Origin: the human T2T-CHM13v2.0 reference genome, Homo sapiens | DNA length: 64,000 nt | NCBI RefSeq assembly: GCF_009914755.1 | Contig: NC_060937.1 | Direction: 5' to 3' (one strand) | In this document: positions 24,418 to 41,505 of the stretch, one piece after another | Layout of the letters: each line of letters starts with the position of its first letter | Numbering within the stretch: the first letter of the stretch is position 1 | Made by a program: the position numbers and the translations under genes | Notes under the pieces: generated by a model | What the model was told of the DNA's origin: nothing | Seen by the model: the letters and a program-made list of their open reading frames with translations, nothing else | The model's database searches: none

Positions 24418-27050
24418 ATTGGTATGTGAACAGGATAGCCTAGGTAATAACCACCACCTGTGGCTCTTTACATCCTGGTTCACTGATTGGCTCTGCTCTC
24501 TGCTGGACAGTATGTACTTTGAGCTGTTGCCAGCTGACTTCCATGTGCTTTGAGCTTTACTTCTTAGTGCCACATATGTTACTTCTGTCAAGGTTCTGCT
24601 TCATATTTAACTGGCATTATTTGAAAATTTTGGTAGTTGGTGCTCAAGAATACCAGCATGGGATTAGGGATCTTTCTTAACATGGCACAGATTGTGTGTT
24701 TCAGCCTATACCTATCTGTGTGTCAAATTAAATCATTTATTTTGATCTAACCATAAGCTTTGATTGAATCTAGACATCAATAAAACATTGACTCACTTTC
24801 TACTGAGTGCTTGGGAAAACACCTATATACTGTACAATTTATGGACCCATTAGGTGGTTGCTTAAATAACTATAGTCACCATTTTTGAATGCTGATGTCA
24901 ACGCTCTTAATATCAGATAGGTCTCTAGGAATCCAAATGCTGCTACCGCCACCTATACTTCCATCACAACAGAGATTCTGATCCTCAAACTTAAGGAGGA
25001 AAACATCCAAGGAACCTTGGCATAGATCTTGGGAAAAGTTGTCTTGAATCCTTTATATCGCCTTATCTTCCACCCACCTCTTGTTTAAAAAGCCAGGGGG
25101 CATCATCAATCTATTGGACAAGGATAAAATGGTTGGACTGTGAGTCTGATGAATGTTGTGGCTTGTCAACATACCAAAGAGATCATTCAAACCTGGCTTT
25201 TGCCTAGTGCCTCTAAAGCCAGTAATGCAATAAGTACCGTGGGGAGCCTCTTTACTGTGATGACAGCAATTTGGGAACTTCTGGAGGAAGAAACTTATAA
25301 ATATTAGGAGTGTAGAGAAGGACCCTAAGAACATGGGGACTAACAGGGACAAATACACAAAATGAGCTACCATCAGCACAAAAACCAAGACAGACACCTA
25401 GATACATGATGACAAGCCAGAAACTGAGACAGAGGCCCACAGTCTGATATAAATGGAAATAAATTTACTTACTTAAAGAATTTACCCAATAGAAATATTA
25501 AAAGGGTGCTGTTTGACATTTAATTCTCTACATCATTGGTTCTAAATTAATTCTAAAATCTGCTGAAATGTACGTATTGACAACTATTCATGGCCTTAAC
25601 TGATATAGGTGACAAAATTGTTATTATACATGGAGGTCCCACTAAATTCACTATATTTAAACAAAGTACCTGCTATTTTCTTAAGGAAGTTACCAGGCAT
25701 AAAACAGAAAACTAACAGATATGTGTTACCTTAACCATGAGAAATGTTGCTTTGCCAAAATTTCTAATGGCCATAGTATTCATTGCCCTTAAAATATCCT
25801 ATAGTGGCCCCTTTGACTCAAGTAAATAATTGAAATAAAATTATGTCTTTGGAACTTAAAATCAACTTGACAAATAAAACCCGATGGATCTTCTAGTTTT
25901 TTTAATTAAAAGAGTTCATAAAGCCTAATATAAATTAAAATGTGGGTTTCAATGTTTGAAATCTACTTTGTAGCCCTATGTAGAAAAGGATGATTATTTT
26001 TACTATTTTACTATTAAATAGCCCAATTCAATCTGTTCTTAAAACTGAAAATAATGGTGGACATCTTGCAGTGGCAGTGGATGACCATGAACTCAGTGTG
26101 GCTCTAACCATTAAAGCCCACATCTATAACATTACTGAAATCATCGATTCCATCCAATCAACAACTAGTAAATACTTTATAGTACTAGATTTGATTAATA
26201 TGCTCTACTCAGTGCCTAGGTAGGTGAACATGTTCTGTTTAATGCTTATTTCAGCTGCAGTGCCTTCACCTTTGAAGGGATATGCATTTTCCTGGATACT
26301 GATGGGGTGATTGAATAGCCTTGCATTCTTTTACAGTCTTTGTAGGAAAGATCTTAGTTGTATCTGGCTTTCTCCAGGAGCACAGGTCTGACATTACATT
26401 GATGGTATCTCCTCCAAGGAGATTTATTTGTCACACACACATGCAGGACATAAAAGTAATCACAAAGGCGTTTACAAAAAGTAGCGGTGGAAATAGGTTA
26501 TAACTCTGCATTTACAACAAGGTCCCACTACTTCAGTTAGATTTCTGAAAATTATTTGGTTTGTTAAAAACTGTTCCATCCCTGACACTGTTAGCAACAA
26601 CAACAACAACAACAACAACAAACTATTGATCATCTCAGCGCCAAGAATGTTGAAAGAATCTTGATTTCTTTTAAGGCTTTGAAGGTTCTGGAGGCAATAT
26701 ATTCCTATTTTAAAATTTTATTTAGCCTAATTTATGCTATAATTCACAAATCAGTCCACTCTGAATGGGATTCTCTGCAACAAGAGGTTCTAGAATCTGC
26801 CCAACTTGAAATTCAACAAGCAGTCTCATGAGTATCCCCTAAAGATTTCCATAAAGGAGAACTTCTCTGTTTTTAGTCTATTGTCAGATGAAATCACGCT
26901 GAAGAAAATCACCTTCTCACAGAACAACTGGCCAGATATACAACCCCCAAAATCAACTTGATAATGAGAACTGAAATTCATATACTCTTCTGATGGTAGA
27001 ACCACCAAATACACAATGAATACCGCTAGGTTTCTGCTGCTACCCATCCC
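24418..27050 (+). mobile_element. Decayed ERV-L internal region (gag/pro/pol remnants)
   Basis: Protease-like ALTDIGDKIVIIHG at ~25590; RT-like NSPIQSVLK...YFIVLDLINMLYSVP (ORF 25990-26223); AFTFEG near 26262; HYIDGI (degenerate YIDD) at 26392-26409. Confidence 0.75.
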
Positions 27051-27059
27051 CTAACCAGA

Positions 27060-28500
27060 ACATAAATTTTTAATTTATATATTCTGAAGATGTGCTGTTA
27101 GGAATATTTACATTTATACATTTTAAAAGATTTAGATATTTAAGGGTAATTTGAATTCTTATTTTCTAGTAAAAATTTTATGTAAAGTCTATATTGTCAG
27201 ATATAAACGTGGCTATCTCCGCTATTTCCAGTTACTACATATTTGGCTAGATCATCTTTTATCACTCTTTTATTCTGAAAATTTGTTCTTTGTTTTTACA
27301 TATGTTTATTTAAAAAATATATAGATAAATTTAGTAGTTTAATGCAGTTTTATAATCTTTGTCTTTTCTAGGTCTTTTTTATTAATTAATAATTATTATA
27401 TTACTGAACTACTGTTATTTCTCAAATATCTTATGTAATTTCTGTTTATACCATCCCTTAATGTGGTTTTTCTATTTTCTTATGTTTTAATTGATTTAAA
27501 TTTTTTCTTTATTTTCTCTAATAATTTGTAACTTAAATATGTCATTTCTATTTCCCTAATACTTTCTGACAGATTTTTGCTACAAAACTCACCTATCAAC
27601 GTTAGGGCCACTATTAGCATATGATTTGTCATCTAATTCAGGGCATTGTTGAAAGTATGAGTTATATTTGTATTTATAGTGAGACATACAGTTTATTTAC
27701 ATAATTATACATTTAAAATATCGTGGGAAGCCAGAACGTATGTCAACCAAGTAATTGTTAAAATTAATATCTCTTTCCTCATGCTAAATGAAGTAATGAT
27801 TTTTAAAAATTATGTCTTTGTTTCTATCAACCTACAAATTTATCAATTATTTTCTTTATCATTACTTTTTGAATCTCAAATTTTACATTTGAAGTAATTT
27901 TCCTTCATCATAAAAACATCTATTAGATCTTTCATTAGAAAATATCTTTCATAGAGAACATTTGTTAGTAGAAAGTATTTTTATTCCACGATCATTCTTG
28001 AAAGATATATTGACTGTGCGTTAGAATTCTAAGCTAATTATTTTCTCTTAGTACTCTGCAGACATTCATTTATTCTCTGACTTCCAGTTATTATTTATCT
28101 CTTCTCTGGCAATTGTTAAAGTCTTTTTATTAACTCTAGCTTTACTAAGATGCATTGAAGTGAAATTTATATTTTATGCATTATGATTTGAATTTGGGGC
28201 TTCTTAAATCTGTGTGTCAACACTTGCCATAAATTTTACCATTACCTCTGAAATTATTACATATTTACACATTTATTTTTATGTTTATTTCCAGAACTTC
28301 AATTAGATGCAGATCATACTACCTTACTCTGCCTACCATGTCTTTTTATTGCTTTATTTTTTACATGCTTATTACTTTGTCTTCCCAGAATTTTCTTGTT
28401 ATATATTTCAGCTTATTACCTGCTTTTCAGTCTTGTCTGCTAAGTAAGCAATGTTGTTTTATATAAATTATCTTTGTAAATTTCTAGTGGTTATATATCT
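27060..28500 (-). mobile_element. Very old L1M fragments
   Basis: T-rich strand with phrases such as cattcttgaaagatatattgactgtgcgttagaattctaag typical of old L1 in reverse. Confidence 0.45.
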
Positions 28501-29584
28501 CTTTCAACTGAGCATACTGACTAGATCATCCTCCCCCCATGCAAAGCTGACCCAAAACACAGAAAAATAACATTAAAGTTGACCTCATTACAAATATCAT
28601 ATAAATATTGCATTCTCATTATTTTTTTCTTTCCCTTTATACCTTTTCAGTAATTCAAACTGGAGGCTTATGAAAACTTTATTTATCATTTTTGTCTGAC
28701 TTCATATCTAGAATTAATTTGGTTCAATGCAGCTTCTAACCACCAGTATATGCAGGGATAAAAAATGAGTTACAGAAAATATATTTTCATACGCAGCTTA
28801 TGATTAAAGAAGAGAAATGGCATTTTCATGGAAACCCACAACATGCAGAATAATAAAATGATTTCCATGTAAGAACAGATAATATCCAGACACACTGACC
28901 ACAGTGTTCTTCTTTCAACACTCCCCATGACTGCAGGGCACATCTCTAAAATATTTGCTTGGCATCTCCTTTACCTTTCTCAAAGATTTGCTCAAATCTC
29001 ATCTTCTCTATGTGTCGTTATGCCCACAATACTGCACCATGAGGCATTACCATGGGAACCGCTCATAATCCATATTCTACTTTAAAAAAATGTAACATTT
29101 ACCATATATGCATATATATTTTTATATGTAGATGAAATAAGCCACCTCTTTTTTTTTTTACTTTTAAAGATTTTATTTTTATTTAGAGCAGTTAAGCTCA
29201 TGCCACAATAGAGCAGAAAGTACAGAGAATTACAGTAGTCTCTCATTATCTGTGGTTTGACTTTTCAGTTTCAGTTACTTTCATGGTCCAAAAATATTAA
29301 ATGTAAAATTCCAGAAATAAACAATTCATAAGTTTAACATTGCACATCATCTTGAGTAGCATGATGAAACCTCATGCTGTCCCACTCTGTCCTGCCCAGG
29401 GATCAGGGCCACAAATCATCCCACCCATTAGTCACTTAGTAGACCCCTTGGTTATCAGATTGATTGCCATGGAATTGCAGTGCTTGTGTTTATGTAACCC
29501 TTATTTTATTTTACTTAATAACAGCCCCAAAGTACAAGGACTGTGATGCTGGGATATTTTTATCTGTCATATTTTATTGGTAGT

Positions 29585-30266
<682 letters not shown>

Positions 30267-30358
30267 GTAATATTGTTATTAATTTCTTAATATAATTAAT
30301 AAATTAAAGTGTCTTTATTGTAGATAGGTATATATGTATAGGAAAAACACATAATACT

Positions 30359-30789
30359 CAGTTGACCCTTGAGCAATACAGATTTGAACTAAGTGGGTCC
30401 ACTTATGTACAGATTTTCTTCCACCACTGTCACCCTTGAGGCAGCAAGACCAACCCCTCCTCTACCTCCTCCTCCTCAGCCTACTCAATGTGAAGATAAT
30501 GATGATAAAGACCTTTATGATGATCCACTTCCACTTAATAAATAGTAAAACATATTTTCTTTCTTAAGATTTTAATATTTTCTTTTTCCTAGCTTACTTT
30601 ATCGTAAGAATATAGTATATAATACATACAACAAATATGTGTCAATTGACTCTTTTATGTTATTGATAAGGCTATAGTCAACAGTAGCTATTAGTAGTTA
30701 AGTTTTTGAAGAGACAAAAGTTATATGCGGGTGTTTTATTGCATGGGGGACTGGCACCCCAAACCCCTATACTGTTCAAGAGTCAACTA
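30359..30789. mobile_element. Tigger2a/MER28-like DNA transposon inside MER44B
   Basis: TIRs cagttgacccttgagcaa ... ctgttcaagagtcaact. Confidence 0.8.
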
Positions 30790-32523
30790 AAAATACAAAG
30801 TTTGGTACTATCTGTAGTGGTTTCAGGCATCCACTGGAAGTCTTAGAACTTCTACCCTGTAGATAAGATGTGACTAGTGTGCTATATACCCACTGCCCAC
30901 ACCCATGCATTTGCTCCCCTATTATCTACATCCCCTACCACAATTATACCTTTGTTATAATTGATGAACCTATACTGGCATCTCATAACTTAAAGTTCAT
31001 AGTTAACATTAGGATTTACACTGTATGGGTTTGGACAAATGTCCAAATATCAAACTGACAGAATCATACAGTATGTATCTTTTCAGATTGTTTTATTTCA
31101 CTTAGTCATATTCATTTAAGGTTTCTCTATGTCTGTTTATGGCTTGATAATTCATTTATTCTTAGTGATGATTAATATTTCATTGTCTGGATGTGTCACA
31201 GTTTATGTACCCATTCACTTATTAAAGGACATTTTGGTTGCTTCCAAGTTTTGGAAATGATAAACAAGGCTGCTATAAAAATATGTTGTGCAAGTTTTTG
31301 TGTGGATATAAGTTTTCAATTCCTTTGTTAAGTATACAGGTGGACAGTGGGCAATTGCTGGGTTTTATGTTTATTTTGTAAGAAAGTGCCAATGGTCTTC
31401 CAAAGTGACTGTACCATGTTTAATTCCCACCAGCAATGAATGAGAGTGCCTATTACTCAAAATACCTGCCAGCATTTAGTGTTGCCAGTATTTCAGACTT
31501 TGATCATTCAAAAGATGTGTAGTGGTATCTCATTCTTATTTAATTTGCATTTTCAATCAGGTTATTTGATTTGTTATTGTTGAATTTGAAGAGTTCGTCG
31601 TATTTTTCGTAACAGTCCTTTATCTGATGTGTGTTTTGCAAATATTTTCCCCTACCCTGTGGATTGTCTTCTAATTATCTTAGCACTGTCTTTTGCAGAA
31701 CAGTTTTTAAATTCATCTTACCAATTTTTCTGTTTCTTGGATCATGCGCTTGACGTTGTATCTAAAAGGTCATCACCATACCCAGGATCATCTAGGCTTC
31801 TTCTTATGTTATCTTCTGGTAGTTGTATACTTTTGTGTTTTACATTTAGATCTAAGATCCATTTAGGATTAAATTTTGTGAAGGATGTAAGGTCTGTGTC
31901 TAGATTTCATTATTTTGCATGTGGATACACAGAAGCTCCAGCACCATTTGTTGGAAATACTGTCTTTCCTGCATTGTATGACCTTTACTCCTTTGTCTAA
32001 GTTAAGTTGATTTAAGATCAATTGTATTTATTTGGGTTTATTCCTGGGCTTTCTATTCTAGTCTTTCTCTTTCTTTTCTATTTTGTTGATCTATTTGTTT
32101 ATTCTTTCACTAACATTTATCATATTTTAGCCTCTATAACATTTTCTAACTGATTGTACTTTTTTGGTTATAATCCATCTCTCCTATCCAGAATATAAAA
32201 CACACAAAGATGGAGACCTTCATATATTTTGTTTTTTCTTTTATCTTTTTCCTATTTTTGTTTTCTATTTACTCTAGTGTACCCCAAATGATGACTTCAG
32301 TTCCTGTATATAATAGTTTCTCAGTACAGATCTCTGTCTCAAAAAAAAAAAAATTGCCCAATGCTATGCAGTAATTTTTTCAATCAGAAGATTTTATCTG
32401 CTTTTACTTAGGCTACATTTTTTACAATTCTATTTGCAAGGTATGTTCTGAGCCTCTAGATTTTTCTGATGTATAGCCTACTTGGACAAACTCTTGTTTA
32501 AAAGCATGTGTCAAAATATTTGA

Positions 32524-32844
<321 letters not shown>

Positions 32845-33049
32845 TGATTTTAAACTTTGAATACAGCACAACTTTGAGTTGTTCACATTTTTAAGAGGTG
32901 CACAAGTTTCCCTGACATCACTTAGCAACTACCTGCAGTAGTTGTGCCTTAACACTCTCAGTTTCACATGGTAATATAGAAGACCAACAAACACTAGTTT
33001 TGTTCCTTCCAAGAGAGTTTACCAAAATACTTTTTAGAAATAGCTGTGT

Positions 33050-33600
33050 TTCACTGTTCACGGGGCGGTCAAGCTGTGCTGCAGGACAGAATATAAAATG
33101 AGTGCGGCCAAGGTTAACAAGCAGATGAATGCCACCCAGGGAAGAGACCTGCATGATTTGGGGTCACTGAGAACCGAAGACATGTACACTAGGCTCCAGT
33201 GGTATGGTACAGCTATTTATTTACAGAAAAAGAAGAAAAGCAGTGCAAGACTTTGTTTCCCCATGGCCAGAGAATCCACTCCATAGCCGATGTGGTTAGT
33301 GTGGCTGCAGGTCCCTCACTTTGTACTGCACTAAAGGGACCATGACCTCTTCCCCTTGGGTCTGAAATATAGAAAGCTGGGGGAGTGCCAAAGGATCACT
33401 GAAGCTTGGGCCTAAGCAGAATATTTATGGAACATACATCAAGCCTAAACAGGGAAAAGTATTTTCTTGCTGGAAATATGACAAGCCCGGCCCAGGCTGT
33501 GAGGGTTTTTTATCTCCCAATAAGAAATATTACAGGCCCAAGGCCACTCTTACGCAGCCATGCAGGCAGCAAGAAGTTGCATATGCTGCCTTTCTCAACT
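33050..33600 (-). mobile_element. Probable ERV LTR, family not assigned
   Basis: GC-elevated ~550 bp block in AT-rich background, with AATAAA on the minus strand near 33216. Confidence 0.3.
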
Positions 33601-35529
33601 TGTTTGAACTTAACTTTCTAACCTTTAAGCTAACATTTAATTTCGTACCTACCACATCTTTACCTGGGGCAAGCTTGCCACACAGCATGTTGGACTGTTT
33701 CAGGAGAGTCATGGCCAAGATTTATTTACTGCTGCAGCAACTAACAAACATCCATCTTTTAGAACTGGGTTGTAAGAAAGCATAAATTCTTGTTTATTTG
33801 GTAATATCTTAAGTGTATTTAGGGGTGCCTAATAATATGTGTGATGGAAGACTGATTATATTACCATTAATTATAAAATTATATTACAGGTAACATATTA
33901 TAAATCTAAGTAGTTAAGTAGGATGCTTGAATTCTAATAAAACAGTGAATACGACTATTACCTATATACAGTATTCAAGTTTTTAAAATTTGTGCTGTAA
34001 AAGTGGATTTATAAAAATTTTCAAAACCATTTATTTTATATAGTGTTCAAAAGCACGATAACTAAACATTAAAAGGACTTTATTTTTTAAAACAATATTG
34101 ACATATTTTATTGATTATAGTCTAAGTGATCATTTATATTCAGTTCATAATGATAATTATTTCAAAGAGCTACAAGGTATCAAAATTCTTATTTAGAACG
34201 ACATACATTTTATTGTTGATAAAACAAACAAGCTTCTGTTGTAATCAATAGATGAGATATATAACTAATTATCTTATAATTTTATTTAATCCTATAACTC
34301 TAAATCAGCATTTGATTAGAGAGCTGAAAAGACATTCAGCCTACAGAGGTTGAATATAATTAACCTCTGTGACATAAATGAATATAATTATTTATGTCAC
34401 TGAGCACAGCATATTATCTAATTTGATACGCAAATGGGTACGTAATAACATAAATTACATGTTAAATTTCAGATATAGAACAATAATGAAACCCTTGCAC
34501 CTTGCAGTTTATACAGGAAGATTATAATGATACCGGTTTTCTTGATCTTTTGGACAAACAAAATATATAGAGGTAGTTCTCTAGGTCAGAAAAATGCCCT
34601 GTTTAAAAGATTATCACAGGAAAAATTAGCATAAGGTCAGTTTTAAAATGTTCAAAAGACACTAGTATACTCATGAAAGTAGTTATTTTAATTGCTGAAA
34701 GTATTCACATATGGAAAATTGTTTCTACCATTTGCATAAAACATGCATGATATGTTTACTGTCCAAAAGAGGTTGGGAAATTTTAACAAAAAGCAGCATA
34801 TCTGCTGAGGGGCCTATATGTTTTAAAAGCTTAAATAAAATCCAATGCATTTAATGGGATTGTTGTAAGATTTATATCTGGGTGGGGGCATTTTTAAATG
34901 AACTTACGTTGTTCTTAAATATTATTCTTTGAAAGAATTTCTTGAAAAAACTGAATATTGATGAATAATTGAGCTTATCTTAAAGTCCTTTAATTGACAT
35001 AATCTAGCAAAGAAATGAGCTCATGTTTCAGAGCTCATTTGTGTATATAGAACAAACATCACTATATTTTTTCAGTATATACTTATATTGTCTCAAAAAT
35101 TAGTATACCAGAATAGTTTTTAAGATATATATGCATATATACACATATACACATGCACACATATATATACATACACATATATATGTAGTGTACATATGTG
35201 TCCCACACATTAGAGAAAATAAAGGACATAGAATATAATTTTATTCTAATAAACTGCTTATCTGACTTAAGTGATAAATACAATAAACTTTGGTGTTAAA
35301 CTTTGTCTTATGGAAAAGCACACAAAACAGTGAGAAAATATTGGTTATAGCTCTTCAAAATCAGTAGCTAGTTGGGATAATAACTCGCTATAGAACATTT
35401 TCTTCAGGAAAAACATTGTTATTGATTATCTTCATAAAAAAAATTTGTGTTTGATTTGACTCACATCATTCTTTTGTTACGAAGTTTTCCAGGTTAGCTT
35501 GAAGCCTAATCATGTATTCAGATTATCCT

Positions 35530-35703
35530 CAATGGTTCTCATCACTGTCTGCACAAAACAATCACCTGAGGCTTTATATAATACAGGTCCCTGGGTCCCA
35601 TCTCTAGAGATATTGATTTAATTGGACTGGGTTGCATCCAGCACACTCGGGTTTTTAAGACTTCAAGGTAATACCAGAATGCAGCCTAAGGAGAGAACCA
35701 CTG
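35530..35703. mobile_element. MER5A-like hAT MITE
   Basis: TIRs caatggttctc ... gagaaccactg; internal aatcacctg and gatttaattgg motifs. Confidence 0.75.
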
Positions 35704-38700
35704 ATGTAAGGGATTGATTTTTGTAAATACTAGACACATTCAAGATAATCAAAATTTTAAAACTTACATTTATATCTCCATTGTTTCCACACAGCTCCAT
35801 CATTATTTTAAAACCAATCAGCCATTAGTTAGATATATTTAACACACATTTTTTGCACCAAAGGGTATAACTATAATTATAAATCAAATAGTTGATGATG
35901 ATACTCCTTTCTCCAAACTCAAAATATAATTATGTATTTGTTCATTCATTATAAAAATATAAGTAGTTAAACAAGTTGGACTTTTTATGAATATACTTTT
36001 ATATCTGAATTAAAATCACTTCCCGTGAAATTCTGTAGTGTTTGGTGAGGTGAGACATTTCCCAATGGGAGGCTCTCTTGTGTCTCATTATTATTAGGAA
36101 CTTGTGTGAAAGTAAGTGTAACATCCACTAATTATGTAATGCTTCCTATAAAAGAATTGCAAGAGCCCCCAAATTAGTGTTCTATTAAGTTATTGTTTTA
36201 ATGATGGTAATTATCACTGATGGTAATGTGACTGCTTCCTAGGAGCTAAAGTAAACAGTCTTACTTTGAAGAATGTAATACAGAACATAATGACTCATAT
36301 AAATGAAATAGCCTGATAATCTTGTCAGATGAACTGTAACACCTTGTGGGACTATTAGAAACTATGTTAACTTGGATCTCTTCCTATTTACATAACGAGT
36401 TTTAATTTATGTCATATAAATTTCCTACACTGAGTTAGACTGAGGTCAACTCTGGATAGTCTCACTGTTCCAACAGAAGCCTCATGAGATCTGGAGTTCC
36501 AAATTTGTCTACAGAGTACTCTGTAAAGACACACACACATAGGTGCATGCAGACATACACAACCACACATAAACACACCATGAAGAAACAGAGGCAACTA
36601 CAGCTAGATAGGACAAAAAAAAAGAAAAAAACCTCAAAGAACACAAAACTACAACAATCAACAATACAGAACCTCATTATAAACAATAAAACCATTCACA
36701 AATAGAACAATCAGAAACAATGAAAGGTTAAAGAAACAATATTGTCTATGAGAGATAGCTACAAATAGGCTCAGGCATGCATTAAAATGATTACTAAGCC
36801 TAATGTTCTTCCACTGATTCTTCTTAGCCAGAGTAGCTGGGGACAGGAATGAGATAAAGGGAGTAATATTCTTCTATACTCAAACCTTATCATAGGCTTG
36901 TGATTGAAGCCTGGGTGACAGGGGTGTGTTTCTCTGCAGGATTTCTAAGATACACTGTTATCTCTTTGGGCTTGTGCCTTGTAGCATTGTAAAGATGAAC
37001 ACTATATAGCCTATGATCCTATGATCTGATTTCTGCACTTCAAAATAAGTACTGCCCCAATTACTAATTGACATTTTCAAGTGTAAATTCTACAGAATAA
37101 TGCATTCACATCCTAAATAATGGGATTCAATTCATTATTTTAAAGCACATCTTTTTTTCAAGGGTAAATGCATAGCGCTGTACTTTTCTGGAAACAAAGA
37201 AGCAAAAAAAGGGAACATCGATTTTACAAAAGTTAATTTCAAATACGAAAATAATTTACTTTTTATGTTATTGTTAACATGACGTGTTCATTAAGTGAGA
37301 CATAAAATTATTAAAATTTATCTAGCAATGCCCTTTTAGGCAGCATTAACAGAAAAAAAATATTTCACAGGTATGAAATATATTTATTAACTCACTCAAA
37401 AATATTTCTTGAATGGATGCTATGTTCCAGGCCTTATTCCATGTTCCAAGAATGTAACAGTGAACAATACAGACACATTTCCTGACCTCACAAATCCTCC
37501 AATCTTCTGATCTTTGAGTCGATTTATTTTTAGTAACTTCTGAAGATAGAATTATTCTTCATGGTGTCATTATAATTTAATCCCTACATTCCCAACAAAA
37601 TCCTTACATCAGTACTATAGTTGACAATTATAGATACTAACCTTTAAAAATAAAAACTTAATTTACTCAACATATTTTCAATTCACTAACAACTTATAAC
37701 TACAATTTAAAATTGTAACAGATCTAATTTTAAAATAATCTTCATGTGGTCGCTATAAAAGTTTCTGACATGCTATGGTTTATATTACAACATCCAAAAA
37801 AAAAAAAAGATATAACATTCTCATTTTGAAGTTAAGAAAAAAAGTTCTATTATATCAAAACTGAATCAAAAGTTAAGAAAAAGGTCATGCACAGCTGTTT
37901 TGATTGTAATTGCATTACTTTTTTTTAAATTTAAAATATAATTGTTAGGACTAATCATCCTTATATTGTTATTTACTACATAGTTCTGTAAAAGTAGTGT
38001 TTTATTATATTTTTGGTAGTTGATTTTTCTTTCCTCTAGCAACTTTATTTAAATTTCCTGTACATATTTGAGTTTGTGCCCCCTGTTTTATAGCATCACA
38101 ATGGAAGTGCTACTCTGCTGGAGTGAGGAAATTCTATTTGGAGTATGGGACAAGGTACTGATTTCCCACTGTAGTAGGATAATGGTTTCTTAAATATACA
38201 AGTCTTGTTGAATAGGAGGGGAGAAATGTGATTCAACAGATAAACCACGGGTATTTATAATCAGGGTGTGGTTACCAAAAAGTCTGATCCTAAGGTGTGG
38301 CAGACCAAGTGCCAGGCAGACTCTTGGGAAGCACCAAGGACCACCCAGTTCCCTAACTCAAGGAGCCCACTGCATTTACAATCAACAAACACAATTTATG
38401 CTCGTATGATTTTGGCCTACCTGATTCTTCATATCCACTCAAAAGTCTTATACTTATCCCATAATGATCTGTGGTGTTATTCACAACAAACAAACCAATG
38501 TTCCTTATCATTTCTCCAAACTCTCATCTATTTTGAAGCTCATGACAACAGTTTATGACACACATTGCCCCTTTTTGCCACAGCTATTTACAGATCTCCA
38601 GATCTATAATTTTGTCTCCCTCATTCTCTGGAAGTTTAGTAATTCAGCTTACTATCTTTCTCTTCCAAACTATCTCTGCAACTTTTCAGTAAATTTCCTA

Positions 38701-39915
38701 TCCATATACACTATGCTTTCAATATCCATTTACACACGCAGTTCCTTTAGGAATTCTCCTTCAATGGACTTCTGGTCCCTGTTAGTTCAGCCATCTGAAC
38801 TTTGAAAATTACCAGTAACAGCTAACCCCTCTTCCTCACTTATTACTAGGTTCATCCCATCTTCCAATCAATCCATTGATACTACTGTATTTTCACTGTT
38901 CACCATGTCTTTCCTACCTATCTGACTTACATCTTATGACCACTCATTATAATCTCTTTCCATTGTTCATAAAGCCTCAATACCATTATCAACACCCCTG
39001 TTTTATTTTCCTGAAAAAAATGTTTACTGTTTTCACTGGTTTTTCACTGGTCACCTGTTCTAAGTCATCATCGAATAAGTGAACTTAAAGGAGAAAACCT
39101 CACAACAGTGTTGAATGATCTCATTTTAATATCCTGACCACTGAACTCAAGGGATTCCTTAAGGCTGTAGGGTGATACCACTCTATCTCCTTATTCAATT
39201 TGCTCTCCCATTATTCTGCGTAACTGTTCCAATTATTCCCCACTCTATGGAACTAGAGCATTTTTCTTCCAGATACATATTCATGGCTATTATTTCACTG
39301 AGAAAGTAGAAAGTAAATGAAGAAAATGCCTGCATGGACCCATCATCGAGTCTATCAACCTTCCTATACTCCTATCCTCTTCCCACAACAAATAAGCTAT
39401 ATGCTCCTATATAAGTCTCAGCTCTACACTTGTGCAACAGATCCCATTACCTCTTGTTTGCAAAGCGAATTACTCCGGCAACTTCCCTGTCATGTTCCTG
39501 TATGATCAATGTTTTCCTTATTATTTGGGCATTTTCATTTGCATAGAAACATTGCAGTTTCTACGGGCTTAGAAACAAAGCAACAAAAAAAATAAAAGTC
39601 CATTGACTCTGCCTCTTCCTCTAATGCCTGACTTGACTGTTCTATTCAACAAAACTCATTGAAAGTGTAACTGTACCTACTGTCTGAACTCTTTCTCTTC
39701 CCATCCTCTCTCCAACAAACTTCAATCAGACTTTGCTTCCTCTACTCTGAAGAAACATCACATGCTGTTGTCATCTCTGCTCACCTGAATCCAGTGGTCA
39801 ATTATCAGGACATGTTTAAGTTGACTTAACAGTATCTTTTCACACCCTGTTATCATTCTACAACTTTTAGAACATTAATTTCCTCAGACCACAACTACAT
39901 TCTACCTTGGCTTAA

Positions 39916-41505
<1,590 letters not shown>

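Noticed and set aside
32330-32353. tctctgtctc followed by an A run, like an Alu terminus
   Set aside because: Too short and no TSD identified.
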